A stretch of 64,000 bases of DNA from an uncultured Gammaproteobacteria bacterium. Its GTDB lineage: Bacteria > Pseudomonadota > Gammaproteobacteria > Steroidobacterales > Foliamicaceae. A program made the position numbers and the translations under genes. Below are positions 44,110 to 55,935 of the stretch, piece after piece (positions within the stretch are counted from its first letter, which is position 1; each line of letters opens with the position of its first letter). The notes under the pieces were generated by a model, which saw nothing but the letters and a program-made list of their open reading frames with translations, searched no databases and was not told the origin of the DNA. Where the stretch lies: NCBI GenBank assembly GCA_951828235.1, contig OX639965.1, positions 1,668,212-1,732,211 on the forward strand, read 5' to 3'.

Positions 44110-45819
44110 TCAGCGCCTTGCTCGATCGGCCAGCAAATCCGCGGCCTCGGCGGCGCTTAAGCGCTCGGCGTCGTCCGCGCGGCGGTGCTTGTATTCCAGC
44201 GTGCCCTGCTTCAGACCGCGGGCGCTGACCACGACACGGTGTGGAAGGCCGATCAGGTCGGCGTCCGCCAGTTTGACCCCCGGGCTGGCGTCGCGGTCGT
44301 CGAACAGCACCTCCACGCCCTGCGATTGCAGTTCCGCGTAGAGCTGCTCCGCCGTTGCCCGCACTTCTTCGTCGCGCGCGATGTTCAGCGCCACGATCAC
44401 CAGGCTGAAGGGCGCCATCGCTTCGGGCCAGATGATCCCCCGCTCGTCGTGGTTCTGCTCGATTGCCGCGGCCACCGTTCGCGTCACGCCCAGGCCGTAG
44501 CAGCCCATCTGCATGTGCTGCTCGGCGCCGTTCTCATCCAGCACGACGGCGTTCATCGAGCGGCTGTACTTGTCGCCCAGCTGGAATATGTGGCCAACCT
44601 CGATGCCCCGGGCGATCTGCAGGCTGCCGCCCCCGCCCGGGCTGCGGTCGCCCTCCACGGCGTTTCTCAGGTCCACGCATTCGGGCTCCGGCAGGTCGCG
44701 CCCCCAGTTGACGTTGACGAAATGCTTGTCGCGCCGGTTCGCCCCGCAGGCGAAGTTCGCCCGGTGGCCCGCGGCGTGATCGACGTAGGTGGTAACGGAC
44801 AGGTTGACCGGACCCACGAAGCCCGGCGGGCAGCTAGCCGCCTGGGCCACTTCCTGCGCATTGGCCAGCGCCAGGGGTTTGGCGACTTCCGGCAGGCCCG
44901 TCGCCTTCAGTTCGTTGACCTCGTGGTCGCCGCGCAGTACCAGCGCCACCACGCCGCCGCCTTCGGCCTTGACCAGCAGGGTCTTCAGGCAGTTCTCCAG
45001 CGGCTGATCCAGGTGCTCCGCGACCTGCCGGATGGTGCGCATGCCCGGCGTGTGCGCTTCGGTCATGGCGTCGCCGGGCGCCTCCCTGTCGCCCTCGGGG
45101 GGCAGGGCGGGCGCCAGCTCCAGGTTGGCGGCGAAATCGTCGCCCTCGCACCAGACGATCAGGTCCTCGCCCGAATCGGCCAGCACGTGGAATTCCTGCG
45201 AGCGCGAGCCGCCGATTTCGCCGGAATCCGCCTGCACCACGCGGTAATTGAGGCCCAGGCGCTCGAAAACGCGGCTGTAGGCCTGGCGATAGTCGCCGTA
45301 GATGTCGCTCAGCGACTCCTCGCCGAGGTGGAAGGAATAAGAGTCCTTCATGATGAACTCGCGGGCCCGCATCACGCCGAAACGGGGGCGGATTTCGTCG
45401 CGGAACTTGGTCTGGATCTGGAAGAAGCTGACCGGCAGCTGCCTGTAACTCCTCAGTTCCCTGCGGGCGATGTCGGTAATCACCTCTTCGTGGGTGGGAC
45501 CGAAGCAGTATTCCCTCTCGCCCCGGTCGCGCATCTTCAACAGGAGGTCGCCGTAGTCCTCCCAGCGGCCGCTCTCGCGCCACAATTCCGCGGGGTGGAC
45601 CGCCGGCATCAGTATCTCGTGGGCCCCGATGCGCTCCATCTCCTGGCGCGTCACCCGCTCGACGATGCGCGCCACGCGCCAGCCCAGCGGCATCCAGGTG
45701 AACAGCCCCGAGGCCAGCCGGCGCACCATCCCGGAGCGCAGCATGAGACGGTGGCTCGCGATTTCGGCTTCGGCCGGGGTCTCGCGCAATGTGGCCAGGG
45801 GCAGCTTGGAGAGGCGCAT
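44110..45819 (-). CDS. proS: Proline--tRNA ligase.
   Basis: MRLSKLPLATLRETPAEAEIASHRLM start, class II motifs (REFIMKDSYSF), 569 aa. The track ORF extends spuriously upstream. Confidence 0.92.
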   Translation of the reverse strand: MRLSKLPLATLRETPAEAEIASHRLMLRSGMVRRLASGLFTWMPLGWRVARIVERVTRQEMERIGAHEILMPAVHPAELWRESGRWEDYGDLLLKMRDRGEREYCFGPTHEEVITDIARRELRSYRQLPVSFFQIQTKFRDEIRPRFGVMRAREFIMKDSYSFHLGEESLSDIYGDYRQAYSRVFERLGLNYRVVQADSGEIGGSRSQEFHVLADSGEDLIVWCEGDDFAANLELAPALPPEGDREAPGDAMTEAHTPGMRTIRQVAEHLDQPLENCLKTLLVKAEGGGVVALVLRGDHEVNELKATGLPEVAKPLALANAQEVAQAASCPPGFVGPVNLSVTTYVDHAAGHRANFACGANRRDKHFVNVNWGRDLPEPECVDLRNAVEGDRSPGGGGSLQIARGIEVGHIFQLGDKYSRSMNAVVLDENGAEQHMQMGCYGLGVTRTVAAAIEQNHDERGIIWPEAMAPFSLVIVALNIARDEEVRATAEQLYAELQSQGVEVLFDDRDASPGVKLADADLIGLPHRVVVSARGLKQGTLEYKHRRADDAERLSAAEAADLLADRARR

Positions 45820-45917
45820 CGTCGGGTCTAACTTTCGGAGCGGCAATTGTAGTGGAAGCTGTTCGAGCCCGCCCGCGGGCGGTTCCCGGCCGTCGGGCTT
45901 GTGGCAGACTTGCCCGG

Positions 45918-46715
45918 ATGGAGGGTAATCGCGAAAAATTCGCCCGGGGCAGGGCGGCGATGCGCAAGCGGGGGATATACCTTTTCCCCAACCTGCTGAC
46001 CAGCGGCGCGCTGTTCGCCGGCTTCTACGCCATCGTGGCCGGGGCCGACGGCGATTTCGAGAGGGCCGCGGTGTCCCTGTTCGTGGCGATGATTCTTGAC
46101 GCCCTCGACGGCCGGGTCGCCCGAATGACCGGGACCGTGACGGAGTTCGGCCGCCAGTACGATTCGCTGTCGGACGTGGTCGCATTCGGCCTGGGTCCCG
46201 CGGTGGTGATGTACCAGTGGGGCCTTAAGTACATGGGCGATTACGGCTGGGTCTGGGACAAGGTCGGCTGGGTGATCGCCTTCTTGTTCGCGGTCGGCAC
46301 GGCCCTGCGCCTGGCGCGTTTTACCGCCCGGGAATCGACTGGCGACAAGAACTTCTTCGAGGGCCTGCCGTGCCCGGCGGCCGCGGGCTTCGTGGCCGGC
46401 TTCGTGTGGCTGGCGGCCGAGTCCCAGTGGACGGGCCTGCCGGTCCTGATTCTGGCGGGGTTCGTGACGCTTGCGGCCGCGACCTTGATGTGCGTGCGTA
46501 TCGCCTATCCCAGCTTCAAGCACTTCGCCGTGAACCGGCGGCTGAAATTTACCCAGATGGCGGCGATTCCGGTCTGCTTTGCCCTGATTGCGCTGGACGC
46601 GCCGCTCATGCTGTTTACTCTGTTCGGCGTATATGTGGGGCTGGGTCCGGGGCTGCTGGCGTGGCGCGCAGTACAGAAGGGCCGCCGCCGCGCGATGCGC
46701 AAAGCCGCCGATTGA
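45918..46715 (+). CDS. pssA: CDP-diacylglycerol--serine O-phosphatidyltransferase (CDP-alcohol phosphatidyltransferase family).
   Basis: DALDGRVARMTGTVTEFGRQYDSLSD motif and a multi-TM profile. The start is uncertain (45918 or 45960). Confidence 0.8.
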   Translation: MEGNREKFARGRAAMRKRGIYLFPNLLTSGALFAGFYAIVAGADGDFERAAVSLFVAMILDALDGRVARMTGTVTEFGRQYDSLSDVVAFGLGPAVVMYQWGLKYMGDYGWVWDKVGWVIAFLFAVGTALRLARFTARESTGDKNFFEGLPCPAAAGFVAGFVWLAAESQWTGLPVLILAGFVTLAAATLMCVRIAYPSFKHFAVNRRLKFTQMAAIPVCFALIALDAPLMLFTLFGVYVGLGPGLLAWRAVQKGRRRAMRKAAD

Positions 46716-46755
46716 ACCAGGCGTGACACGGTCCTAGCGAGTCTGCCGGCGTCTT

Positions 46756-47562
46756 ATGGGGCAGGAAAGCAGATTCAGCCGGGCGCAGCGCGATCTTCTT
46801 GAGTTGATGGACGTAAGCGTCTGGACGGGGCGCTCGGAGTCGCAGCTATCGGGCGATGGCGTACAGAGCCCGGAGCCGGCCGCGGGGGCGACGCCTTCGA
46901 CGCAGGAAGGGTCGGATTCTCGAGGGCGGGAGGCCCTCGCTCCGGGGCGGGAGGCCCTCGCTCCGGTACCCGTTGCTTCCAGTCCGCCGGAACTGGAGGC
47001 GCTGCGCAGCAAGGTGGCGGCCTGCAAGGCCTGCGCGCTGCATTCCGGTCGCCGGCAAACCGTGTTCGGCGTGGGCAACCCGAAGGCCGACTGGATGTTC
47101 GTCGGCGAAGGACCGGGAGAGGAGGAGGACCGGCGGGGCGAGCCGTTCGTCGGCCGTGCCGGCAAGTTGCTGGACGCGATGCTGCAGGCGATGAAGCTGG
47201 ACCGGACGATCGTTTATATCGCCAACATCGTCAAGTGCCGACCGCCCGGCAACCGCAATCCCTCCCTGGACGAAGCGGCCGCCTGTATTCCCTACCTCAA
47301 GCGCCAGATCGAGCTGATCGCGCCGCGGCTGATCGTCGCCCTGGGCGCGGTGGCGGCGCAGCGCCTGCTCGAAACCGACCGGCCGGTGGGCGCGCTGCGC
47401 GGCAAACTGCAATACGCCGCCCACCTTGAGCCGCCGGTGCTGGTGACCTACCACCCCGCCTACTTGCTGCGGTCGCCCGGGCAGAAGCGCAAGGCCTGGG
47501 AGGACCTGCAACTGGCAATGCGCGAGATGGACGCCTTGCAGCGGGAGCGCAAGTCCGTTTGA
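46756..47562 (+). CDS. Family 4 uracil-DNA glycosylase with an N-terminal extension.
   Basis: [36 protein letters not shown]. Confidence 0.85.
   Translation: MGQESRFSRAQRDLLELMDVSVWTGRSESQLSGDGVQSPEPAAGATPSTQEGSDSRGREALAPGREALAPVPVASSPPELEALRSKVAACKACALHSGRRQTVFGVGNPKADWMFVGEGPGEEEDRRGEPFVGRAGKLLDAMLQAMKLDRTIVYIANIVKCRPPGNRNPSLDEAAACIPYLKRQIELIAPRLIVALGAVAAQRLLETDRPVGALRGKLQYAAHLEPPVLVTYHPAYLLRSPGQKRKAWEDLQLAMREMDALQRERKSV
46924..46965 (+). repeat. Perfect 21-bp tandem duplication (two copies), in frame.
   Basis: GGGCGGGAGGCCCTCGCTCCG repeated twice, encoding GREALAP twice. Confidence 0.95.
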
Positions 47563-48836
47563 GCGCCGCGCGCGCAAGAAGGTCGGCCACGTTCCGGGCG
47601 CTGTCGGGCGAGGCCTGGCGATGGGCGATGTACGACTGGGCCAATTCGGCCTTCGCCCTGATCGTAATGACCTCGTTCGTTCCCCTGCTGCTGCGCGAGC
47701 ACTGGTCGGCGGGCGAAACCTCCACCCAGATCACGTTCATCTGGGGCTCGGCAAACAGCATCGCCGCCCTGCTGCTGGCGCTGGCCGCTCCGCTGCTTGG
47801 GGCGCTGGCCGATCAGGGCGGGCGCCGCCGCCGCATGCTGGCAATGTGCGTCGTGCCCGGGGCGATCTGCACCGTGATGCTGGCGCTGCCGGGAGCCGGA
47901 CACTGGGCGACGGGACTCTCCCTCTTCGTTTTGGCCTGGCTCGGCTATTCGGCGGCCAATATCTTCTACGACGCACTGCTGACGGAGGTGGCCGAGCCCA
48001 AACAGTACGATCTGGTATCAGCCTACGGCTTCTCGCTGGGCTATATCGGCAGCGCGATGCTTTTTACCCTGTGCGCGCTGGTGACGGTCGATCCCGCAAG
48101 GTTCGGTCTGGATTCGCAGGTGCAGGCGATGCAGGTAAGCATGCTGGTGGTGGGTGCCTGGTGGGTGCTTTTTTCGGTACCGCTGTTACGCAGCGGACGC
48201 CGAACGGGCGACACGGGTCGCCGGGCGCGCCTGGGCGCGGCCTGGCGGCAACTGTGGTCTACCGTGCGCACGGCACGCCAATACCCGCAGCTTTGGCTTT
48301 TCCTTCTGTCGTATTTCCTTTACATCGACGGTGTGCACACCATAATCAAGATGGCGGTCGATTTCGGCGCCGCCATCAATCTACCGCCCTCGGACCTCGT
48401 GTTCGCGATTCTCGTAACCAATTACATCGGGTTTCCGGCCACCCTGGCGTTCGGATTCGCCGGGCGGCGCTTCGGGCCCCGGCGCTGCATTTACGTGGCT
48501 CTGGCGGTCTATTGCCTGGTCACCTTGCTGGCCAGCATGGCCGGCGAGGCATGGCACTTCTATCTCCTGGCGGCGATGATCGGCCTCGCCCAGGGCGGTG
48601 TGCAGAGCCTGAGCCGCTCCATGTTCGCGCGCCTGGCGCCGCCCGGCAGGTCCACCGAAATGTTCGGCTTCTACAACATGTTCGGGCGCTTCGCGGCGAT
48701 CCTGGGGCCGGTCCTTACCGGCTACGCGGCGCTGGTCCTGGACAGTCAGCGGCTCGGCGTGCTGGCGATCCTGGTGCTGCTGGTGGCGGGCTTCATCCTC
48801 CTGACCCGGGTCAGGGAAGTGCCGACGGAAGCTTGA
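47559..48836 (+). CDS. MFS transporter (UMF1-like).
   Basis: Twelve-TM-like hydrophobic profile. The TTG start overlaps the upstream TGA. Confidence 0.75.
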   Translation: MSAARARRSATFRALSGEAWRWAMYDWANSAFALIVMTSFVPLLLREHWSAGETSTQITFIWGSANSIAALLLALAAPLLGALADQGGRRRRMLAMCVVPGAICTVMLALPGAGHWATGLSLFVLAWLGYSAANIFYDALLTEVAEPKQYDLVSAYGFSLGYIGSAMLFTLCALVTVDPARFGLDSQVQAMQVSMLVVGAWWVLFSVPLLRSGRRTGDTGRRARLGAAWRQLWSTVRTARQYPQLWLFLLSYFLYIDGVHTIIKMAVDFGAAINLPPSDLVFAILVTNYIGFPATLAFGFAGRRFGPRRCIYVALAVYCLVTLLASMAGEAWHFYLLAAMIGLAQGGVQSLSRSMFARLAPPGRSTEMFGFYNMFGRFAAILGPVLTGYAALVLDSQRLGVLAILVLLVAGFILLTRVREVPTEA

Positions 48837-50484
48837 GTTCGAACGTCCTGGCGCAGTCCAGGGCCTCTTCGTAGCCGGCGTCGGCGTGGCGGGTCACGCC
48901 CGTGGCCGGGTCGTTCCACAACACGCGTGCGATGCGCTCGTCCGCCTCGGCGCTGCCGTCGCAGCAGACCACGACGCCGGCGTGTTGTGAGTAGCCGATT
49001 CCGACGCCGCCGCCGTGGTGCACCGAGACCCAGGTCGCCCCGGAAGCGCAATTCACCAGCGCGTTCAGAAACGGCCAGTCGGACACGGCGTCCGATCCGT
49101 CCTTCATCGACTCGGTTTCGCGGTTCGGACTGGCGACCGAGCCAGCGTCGAGATGGTCGCGACCGATCACCACCGGCGCCTTCAGTTCGCCGTTGCGCAC
49201 CATCGCGTTGAAGGCGAGCCCCAGCCGGTGCCGGTCGCCCAGGCCCGCCCAGCAGATGCGAGCCGGCAGGCCCTGGAACCGGATCCGTTTCGCCGCCATG
49301 TCCAGCCAGCGGTGCAGCGCCGCGTCGTGGGGCAGGAGTTCTCTGACCTTGTCATCGGTGCGCGCGATGTCCTCCGGGTCGCCGGACAGCGCCGCCCAGC
49401 GAAACGGGCCCTTGCCGCGGCAGAAAAGCGGGCGGATGTAGGCGGGCACGAAGCCCGGGAAGTCGAAGGCGTTCTCGACGCCGGTTTCCAGCGCCATCTG
49501 GCGGATGTTGTTGCCGTAGTCGACCACCGGTATCCCGCGTTGCCAGAAATCGAGCATGGCCCGCACCTGCACCGCCATCGACTCCTTGGCCGCACGCACC
49601 GTTCCGACCGGATCGGAACGCCGGCGCCGCTCGTGCTCCTCCAGGGTCCACCCCTGCGGCAGGTAACCGTTCAGCGGGTCGTGCGCGGAGGTCTGGTCGG
49701 ACACTGCGTCCGGCGACTGGCGCGAGTCGTTCGCCGAGCGCCGGGCCAGTTCCGGGAAGACATCGGCGGCATTGCCCTTGAAGCCGACGGAGACGGCCTC
49801 GCCGCGATCGCAGGACCCGTTGATCATGGCCAGGGCCTCGTCCAGACTGTTCGCCTGCCGGTCGAGGTAGCCGGTGCGCAGCCGAAAGTCGATGGCGCTC
49901 TGCCGGCATTCGACCGCCAGCATTGAAGCCCCGGCCATGGTGCAGGCAAGCGGCTGGGCGCCGCCCATACCCCCCAGCCCGGCGGTCAGGAACCACTTGC
50001 CGCGCATGTCGCCGTCGAAATGCTGCCGGCCCATTTCGGCGTAGGTCTCGTAGGTTCCCTGCACGATTCCCTGGCTGCCGATGTAAATCCACGAGCCCGC
50101 CGTCATCTGCCCGAACATCATCAATCCCTGGCGGTCCAGCTCGTTGAAGTGTTCCAGCGTGGCCCAGTGCGGAACCAGGTTGGAGTTGGCGATCAGCACC
50201 CGGGGCGCGTCGGGAAACGTACGCAGGACGGCCACCGGCTTTCCGGACTGCACCAGCAGGGTTTCGTCCGCTTCCAGCGCCTTGAGCGTGGCCACCATGC
50301 GATCAAAGGCTTCCCAGTTGCGCGCGGCCTTGCCCCGGCCGCCGTACACGACCAGTTCCGCGGGGTTTTCCGCCACCTCCGGGTCAAGGTTGTTCATCAG
50401 CATGCGCATCGGGGCTTCGGTAAGCCACGACTTGCATGCGAGCTTCGCGCCCCGTGGCGCGCGTATGGTCCGGCTGGCTTTCAT
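48811..50484 (-). CDS. hutU: Urocanate hydratase.
   Basis: IRAPRG...[20 protein letters not shown] and [12 protein letters not shown]. The start at 50484 is preferred. Confidence 0.93.
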   Translation of the reverse strand: MKASRTIRAPRGAKLACKSWLTEAPMRMLMNNLDPEVAENPAELVVYGGRGKAARNWEAFDRMVATLKALEADETLLVQSGKPVAVLRTFPDAPRVLIANSNLVPHWATLEHFNELDRQGLMMFGQMTAGSWIYIGSQGIVQGTYETYAEMGRQHFDGDMRGKWFLTAGLGGMGGAQPLACTMAGASMLAVECRQSAIDFRLRTGYLDRQANSLDEALAMINGSCDRGEAVSVGFKGNAADVFPELARRSANDSRQSPDAVSDQTSAHDPLNGYLPQGWTLEEHERRRRSDPVGTVRAAKESMAVQVRAMLDFWQRGIPVVDYGNNIRQMALETGVENAFDFPGFVPAYIRPLFCRGKGPFRWAALSGDPEDIARTDDKVRELLPHDAALHRWLDMAAKRIRFQGLPARICWAGLGDRHRLGLAFNAMVRNGELKAPVVIGRDHLDAGSVASPNRETESMKDGSDAVSDWPFLNALVNCASGATWVSVHHGGGVGIGYSQHAGVVVCCDGSAEADERIARVLWNDPATGVTRHADAGYEEALDCARTFELKLPSALP

Positions 50485-50503
50485 CACTTTATTTCCGGCT
50501 CGT

Positions 50504-51712
50504 TCACAGTTCGCGCGGGATCCCGTTCTTGTATACGCGGTGGCAGGGGTTATTGCCCAGAGCGTAACTGAGTTCATCCGGTGATTGCACATTCCAGACG
50601 GCCAGATCCGCAAGCTTGCCTGTCTCGATCGAGCCGCGATCGGTCAATCCGAGCGCGAGCGCGGCGTTCACCGTGGCGCCGCGCAGCGCTTCCTCCGGCG
50701 TCAGTCCGAACAGCACACAGGCCATGTTCATGGCCGTGAGCAGCGACAGCATCGGCGAGCTGCCGGGGTTGTGATCGGTGCTGACCGCCATCGGCACGCC
50801 CTCGGCCCGAATCGCCTCCACCGGCGGCTTTCGGGTCTCGTGGAGGTAGTAGTAAGCGCCCGGCGCCAGCACCGCCACGGTTCCGGCTGCTGCCATCGCC
50901 TCGATTCCCTCGGGGGAGAGGTACTCGAGATGGTCGCAGGACAGCGCGCCAAGCTCCGCGGCCATCGCCGCGCCGCCCGAATCGGAGAACTGCTCGGCGT
51001 GCAACCGAACCGGCAGGCCGAGCGCCCGGGCGCGCTCGAAGATGGCCCTGACCTCGGCCGTGGTAAACGCAAGGCCTTCGCAGTACGCATCGACCGCGTC
51101 GGCCAGGCCTTCCGCGGCCACGGCCGGCAGCATTTCCTCGATCAGCAGGCGCAAATACCCGGCACGGTTGTCGCTGTATTCCGGAGGGACGGCGTGAGCG
51201 CCCAGAAAGGTGGCAATAACGTCGATTTCCGGGGTTCTTCCCAGCATCCGCGCCACGCGCAGAATGCGCAGTTCGGTGTCGAGGTCCAGGCCGTAACCGG
51301 ACTTGATTTCCACGGTGGTCAGGCCCTCGGCCATCAGCTTCCGCAGCCGGGTTGCGGACGTTTCCAGAAGCTCGCCGTCATCCGCCGCGCGTGTTGCATC
51401 CATGGTCGAGACGATTCCTCCGCCGCTTGTTGCGATTTCCTCGTAAGTGGCGCCCGCGAGGCGCATGGCCCATTCGTTCGCGCGGTTGCCCGCATAGACG
51501 AGGTGCGTATGGCAGTCGATCAGGCCGGGCGTAACCAGCCGCCCTCCCAGGTCCAGTCGTTCTTCGCCGGACCGTGCCTCATGCTCGGCAGCCGAGCCCA
51601 CCCACGCAATGCGGTCGTTTACGATGCGCATCGCGGCGTTGGGCATCAGGCCATACGGTGCAGCGCCCTCCCGCATTGTGGCAATCCTGCAATTCCCGAG
51701 AAACAAACTCAT
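50504..51712 (-). CDS. hutI: Imidazolonepropionase.
   Basis: [13 protein letters not shown], and adjacency to hutU. Confidence 0.9.
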   Translation of the reverse strand: MSLFLGNCRIATMREGAAPYGLMPNAAMRIVNDRIAWVGSAAEHEARSGEERLDLGGRLVTPGLIDCHTHLVYAGNRANEWAMRLAGATYEEIATSGGGIVSTMDATRAADDGELLETSATRLRKLMAEGLTTVEIKSGYGLDLDTELRILRVARMLGRTPEIDVIATFLGAHAVPPEYSDNRAGYLRLLIEEMLPAVAAEGLADAVDAYCEGLAFTTAEVRAIFERARALGLPVRLHAEQFSDSGGAAMAAELGALSCDHLEYLSPEGIEAMAAAGTVAVLAPGAYYYLHETRKPPVEAIRAEGVPMAVSTDHNPGSSPMLSLLTAMNMACVLFGLTPEEALRGATVNAALALGLTDRGSIETGKLADLAVWNVQSPDELSYALGNNPCHRVYKNGIPREL

Positions 51713-51757
51713 GCGAACTACCGGCCCGCGGCTTGCGCCGGTGTCTCTGGATTCCGG

Positions 51758-51928
51758 TTAATTTGGCGCCGTTCCCGGTGGCTCACGCATCGCGGTCAGG
51801 ATGCCCTCGATACGGGCTACTCGTTCGGCCAGATTGTCAAGCCTTGTCGTGATGCGGCCTTGTGAGCGAAGCACCAGGCCGATAATGGCGATTGACGCGC
51901 CGATGATGGCGATAAGTTCCTGACTCAT
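51758..51928 (-). CDS. 56-aa hypothetical membrane/coiled-coil peptide at the head of the hutI-hutU transcription unit.
   Basis: Hand translation is MSQELIAIIGASIAIIGLVLRSQGRITTRLDNLAERVARIEGILTAMREPPGTAPN, with AAGGAGAG 4 nt upstream of the ATG. It is below the ORF-track cutoff. Confidence 0.4.
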   Translation of the reverse strand: MSQELIAIIGASIAIIGLVLRSQGRITTRLDNLAERVARIEGILTAMREPPGTAPN

Positions 51929-52029
51929 GGGTCTCTCCTTGTACCTTTGTTGCCGATTCTGCTATGTGCCTGCGGCAAAATCAATACGGGAATTCATAGG
52001 GCTGGCGCACGCTGAAAGGCAACGAACTT

Positions 52030-53421
52030 ATGGAACAGCACACTAGCGTCGTGACGAGCCTGTTATTTTCGAGCGCACTGACGCCGGACGGCTGGCGCGA
52101 CGACGTGCGGGTCGAACTGGACAGCCAGGGCACGATCCTTTCGCTTGAACCGGGCTGTCTTGACGCCGCTGTGGCCGCGGTCGGCGGCGTGGCCATACCG
52201 GGGGTGCCGAACGCGCATTCGCACGCGCACCAGCGGCTGCTGGCCGGGTTGGCGGAAGCGGGAGCCGGGCGGGGCGATTTCATGCGCTGGCGCGAACTGA
52301 TGTACCGGGTCGTGGGCAGGATCGATCCGGACAGCTTTCAGGCGGTGGCGGCGCTGGCCTACATGGAGATGCTCAAGAGCGGCTATACCTCGGTGGCGGA
52401 ATTTCATTACCTGCATCACGACGCCGGCGGCTCGCCGTACGCGCAACCGGCGGAAATGGGACTGCGCTGCATCGCCGCGGCCGAAGACGCAGGCATCGCG
52501 CTGACGCTTCTGCCCAGCCTCTATGCTCACGGCGGCTTCGGCCCGGCGCCGGCGGGTTCCGGGCAGGCGCGTTTCGTCTGCGATAGCGGCGCCTATATGG
52601 AAATCTACTCGGCGCTTACGAAAGCGGTCGAAGATCGGCCCGGAATGCGGCTGGGCTGCGCACCGCATTCGCTGCGCGCCGTCGACGAATCGCTCCTCAA
52701 GGAAGTGCTCGCGGCCGCACGGCAAATCGATCCCGATGCCCCGGTCCACATGCACGTCGCGGAGCAGCGATCGGAAGTGGCGGCCTGCCGGGCCTGGTGC
52801 GGCGCTTCCCCGGTGCAGCTCCTGCTGGACAGCGTCGCGGTTGACGGGCGCTGGAACCTGGTTCACGCTACCCATATGAGCGATTCCGAACGGAGCGCGC
52901 TCGCGGCCACGCAAGCTACCGTCGTGTTATGCCCCACCACCGAAGCCAACCTGGGCGACGGCACCTTTTCGGCCCGAGAATGGCTTGATCTGGGCGGTCA
53001 GTTTTCCATCGGATCGGACAGCCAGGTCACGATTTCGCCGGCGGACGAATTGCGGCTGCTCGAATATGCGCAACGCCTGGCTTCGGAGTCCCGAAATGTG
53101 CTGGTGGGACGGTCCGGCCAATCGCTGGGCCGGTCCCTGCTGGACACCGCGCTGAAGGGCGGCGCGGCTGCCCTGGCGCAGCCCTGCGGCTTCCTGGAAG
53201 AAGGCGCGCGCGCCGATTTCGTGGTGCTCGACAGCGAACACCCGGCGCTGATTGCCCGCGACGGCGACGAGATCCTCGATTCCTGGATTTTCTCCGGCGG
53301 CACGGCCTGCGTGCGCGACGTCTTCGTTGGCGGCCGGCAGGTCGTGAGCCAGGGAAGGCACGTCAACGAGCCTGAAATTGTGGGCCGTTATCGTGAAGCG
53401 GCCGAGGCGCTGCTGCAATGA
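52030..53421 (+). CDS. hutF: Formimidoylglutamate deiminase.
   Basis: Amidohydrolase fold (PNAHSHAHQ), about 460 aa. Position upstream of hutH and hutG. Confidence 0.8.
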   Translation: MEQHTSVVTSLLFSSALTPDGWRDDVRVELDSQGTILSLEPGCLDAAVAAVGGVAIPGVPNAHSHAHQRLLAGLAEAGAGRGDFMRWRELMYRVVGRIDPDSFQAVAALAYMEMLKSGYTSVAEFHYLHHDAGGSPYAQPAEMGLRCIAAAEDAGIALTLLPSLYAHGGFGPAPAGSGQARFVCDSGAYMEIYSALTKAVEDRPGMRLGCAPHSLRAVDESLLKEVLAAARQIDPDAPVHMHVAEQRSEVAACRAWCGASPVQLLLDSVAVDGRWNLVHATHMSDSERSALAATQATVVLCPTTEANLGDGTFSAREWLDLGGQFSIGSDSQVTISPADELRLLEYAQRLASESRNVLVGRSGQSLGRSLLDTALKGGAAALAQPCGFLEEGARADFVVLDSEHPALIARDGDEILDSWIFSGGTACVRDVFVGGRQVVSQGRHVNEPEIVGRYREAAEALLQ

Positions 53422-54965
53422 ACACGGGCGCAGCCCCGGCTTCGATCACGCTGGGTGAACAGTCGCTCGGCCTCAAGGCGATAGAGGCGGCACTGAACGG
53501 GCCGGTCAGCGTGGCTCTGCACCCCGAGGCGGCGAAGCGCTGCGAAACCGCGCACAAGGTGCTGCGCCAGGCCGCAGCGGGCGATGCCGCGGTGTATGGC
53601 GCCAATACCGGTTTCGGGCGCCTGGCCCTGGAACGCATTCCGGCCGACGACCTGCGCACGCTGCAACTCAACCTCGTGCGCTCGCACGCCGCCGGGGTCG
53701 GCGAGCCTCTTCCCGGCGCGATCGTGCGCCTGACGATGCTGCTCAAGTTGAACAGCCTTGCGGCCGGCTACTCCGGGGTGTCCGGTGAGCTGCTGGACTT
53801 GTTGAGCCAATGCATCAACGAGGATGTCCTGCCGGTGGTTCCTTCCCAGGGTTCGGTGGGGGCGTCCGGTGACCTGGCGCCCCTGGCCCACATGGCGCTG
53901 GTCCTGGTAGGGCGGGGCGAGGCACTTTACCGCGGACAGAGACTGTCGGGCGGGCAGGCGCTGGCCGAGGCGGGGCTGGACCCGATCGACCTGGGCCCCA
54001 AGGAGGGCCTGGATCTCATCAACGGCACGCAGGTTTCCGCGGCACAGGCGCTGGCCGGCATGATGGATGCGCGCCGCAACCTGAAGGTGGCCGTGGTGAT
54101 CGGGGCCCTTTCCTGCGATGCCTTCAGGGCCACCGACGTGTTTTCCGATCCGCGCCTGAACGCGCTCAAGCCGCATCCCGGCCAGGTGGCGGTGGCGCGG
54201 GTGTTGCGCCGGCTGTGGGAGGGCAGCGAGATCCGCGCCTCGCACCTGGACTGCGACCGGGTGCAGGACCCGTATTCGTTCCGCTGTCAGCCCCAGGTGA
54301 TGGGCGCCTGCCTGGACCTGGTCGACAACGCCCGCCGCACGCTGCTCATCGAAGCGAACGCGGTCACCGAAAATCCGCTGGTTTTCTCCAGACAGGAGGA
54401 AGTGGTGTCCGGGGGTAATTTTCACGGCCAGCCGGTGGCATTCGCAGCCGACACGCTGGCCCTGGCCATCTGCGAGACCGGTTCCATGGCGGAACGGCGG
54501 ATCGCTGCGCTGGTGACCGGCGAATTGAGCAGCCTCCCGCCCTTCCTCATGCCCGATCCCGGCCTGAATTCCGGTTTCATGCTGGCCCACGTGACGGCTG
54601 CCGCACTGGCCAGCGAAAACAAACAGCTGGCCACTCCGGCCAGCGTCGACAGCATTCCCACTTCCGCCAACCAGGAAGACCACGTGAGCATGTCGGCGTA
54701 CGGTTCGCGGCGGCTGGCGCGCATGAACGCCAACGCCGCAGGGATCCTGGCCATTGAATGGCTGGCCGCCGCCGCGGGCATCGATCTGCTCCGGCCGCTG
54801 CGGTCCTCTGACGCGCTCGAGCGCATCCACAGTTTGCTGCGCGAAAAAGTGCCCCGGCGGGCGGCGGACCGCGAGTTCGCGCCGGACATCGCCGCCGCGC
54901 GCGAGTTGATCGAAGACGACGTACTGACGGAACTGGCCGCCGAACTCGTGGCCGGCGAAGGCTGA
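53418..54965 (+). CDS. hutH: Histidine ammonia-lyase.
   Basis: [14 protein letters not shown] (MIO-forming ASG). ATGA overlap with hutF. Confidence 0.93.
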   Translation: MNTGAAPASITLGEQSLGLKAIEAALNGPVSVALHPEAAKRCETAHKVLRQAAAGDAAVYGANTGFGRLALERIPADDLRTLQLNLVRSHAAGVGEPLPGAIVRLTMLLKLNSLAAGYSGVSGELLDLLSQCINEDVLPVVPSQGSVGASGDLAPLAHMALVLVGRGEALYRGQRLSGGQALAEAGLDPIDLGPKEGLDLINGTQVSAAQALAGMMDARRNLKVAVVIGALSCDAFRATDVFSDPRLNALKPHPGQVAVARVLRRLWEGSEIRASHLDCDRVQDPYSFRCQPQVMGACLDLVDNARRTLLIEANAVTENPLVFSRQEEVVSGGNFHGQPVAFAADTLALAICETGSMAERRIAALVTGELSSLPPFLMPDPGLNSGFMLAHVTAAALASENKQLATPASVDSIPTSANQEDHVSMSAYGSRRLARMNANAAGILAIEWLAAAAGIDLLRPLRSSDALERIHSLLREKVPRRAADREFAPDIAAARELIEDDVLTELAAELVAGEG

Positions 54966-54998
54966 ACGGGCCCGGTGGAGGGGTCGTCCGTCCGCTCC

Positions 54999-55817
54999 AT
55001 GGATCGCGGACCGGCTGACGGGCTGTACACCTGTACCCGTGGCGGCTCGGCGCTGGTGCTGTCGATTCCGCACTCGGGAAGGCGCGTGCCCGGTTCGATC
55101 GCGGCGCGCATGACCCCTCAGGCCCGGGAACTGCCCGACACCGACTGGCGCGTGGACGAACTCTATGACTTTGCGGCGGATCTCGGCGCGACGGTCGTCC
55201 GGGCCAACTACAGCCGTTACGTGGTGGACCTGAATCGACCCCCCCACGGCGTTTCGCTGTATCCGGGGCAGGCGGAGACCGGGTTATGCCCGGTTACAGG
55301 GTTTGACGGGCGAGCGGTCTATGAGCCGGGGCGGGAACCCGACGACGCGGAGATCGAGCTCAGGCGCATGAGGTTCTGGCAGCCCTATCACGATCGGCTC
55401 GGGGCGGAACTTCAACGAGTGTGCGAGCGGCATGGCAAAGCCGTCCTGTACGACTGCCATTCGATCGCATCGGTAGTACCGCGGCTCTTCGAGGGCCGCC
55501 TGCCGGGCCTCAATCTGGGTACGAACCGCGGGCGGAGCTGCACGCCCGCACTGCAGGAACGTGTGGTCGCAGTGCTTGGGGGAAGTGGTTATGAATTTTC
55601 GGTCAACGGCCGCTTCATCGGCGGATTCATTACCCGCCATTACGGGCAACCGGAACGAGGCCTGCACGCGCTGCAAATGGAGATCGCACAGGATGCGTAC
55701 ATGGACGGCGCCGCACCGGAGGACTACAGTCGAGACAGGGCCGCCACGCTACGGTCCCGCCTGCGACGCATCCTGGGTGTCCTCCTGGAGTGGGCCGATT
55801 CCACCGATTGGGATTGA
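54999..55817 (+). CDS. hutG: N-formylglutamate amidohydrolase.
   Basis: LVLSIPHSGRRVP and DCHS. The ATG at 54999 is preferred; GTG 54975 is an alternative. Confidence 0.82.
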   Translation: MDRGPADGLYTCTRGGSALVLSIPHSGRRVPGSIAARMTPQARELPDTDWRVDELYDFAADLGATVVRANYSRYVVDLNRPPHGVSLYPGQAETGLCPVTGFDGRAVYEPGREPDDAEIELRRMRFWQPYHDRLGAELQRVCERHGKAVLYDCHSIASVVPRLFEGRLPGLNLGTNRGRSCTPALQERVVAVLGGSGYEFSVNGRFIGGFITRHYGQPERGLHALQMEIAQDAYMDGAAPEDYSRDRAATLRSRLRRILGVLLEWADSTDWD

Positions 55818-55935
55818 CCGGCGCCGTCCGCACGTCTAAATTGTCCGAAAACAATGGAGATTCGGCCGGTTCCTGTCCACTGTCGGATTTGGGCCAGGTC
55901 GTGAATATTTGAATGCTTGAGACACGGAGACGCAC

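Noticed and set aside
51929-52029. CTTGTACCTTTGTTG upstream of hutF, considered as a HutC operator.
   Set aside because: It only partially resembles the palindromic CTTGTATAGACAAG-type site I recall. There is no second half-site, and hutC is not in the window.
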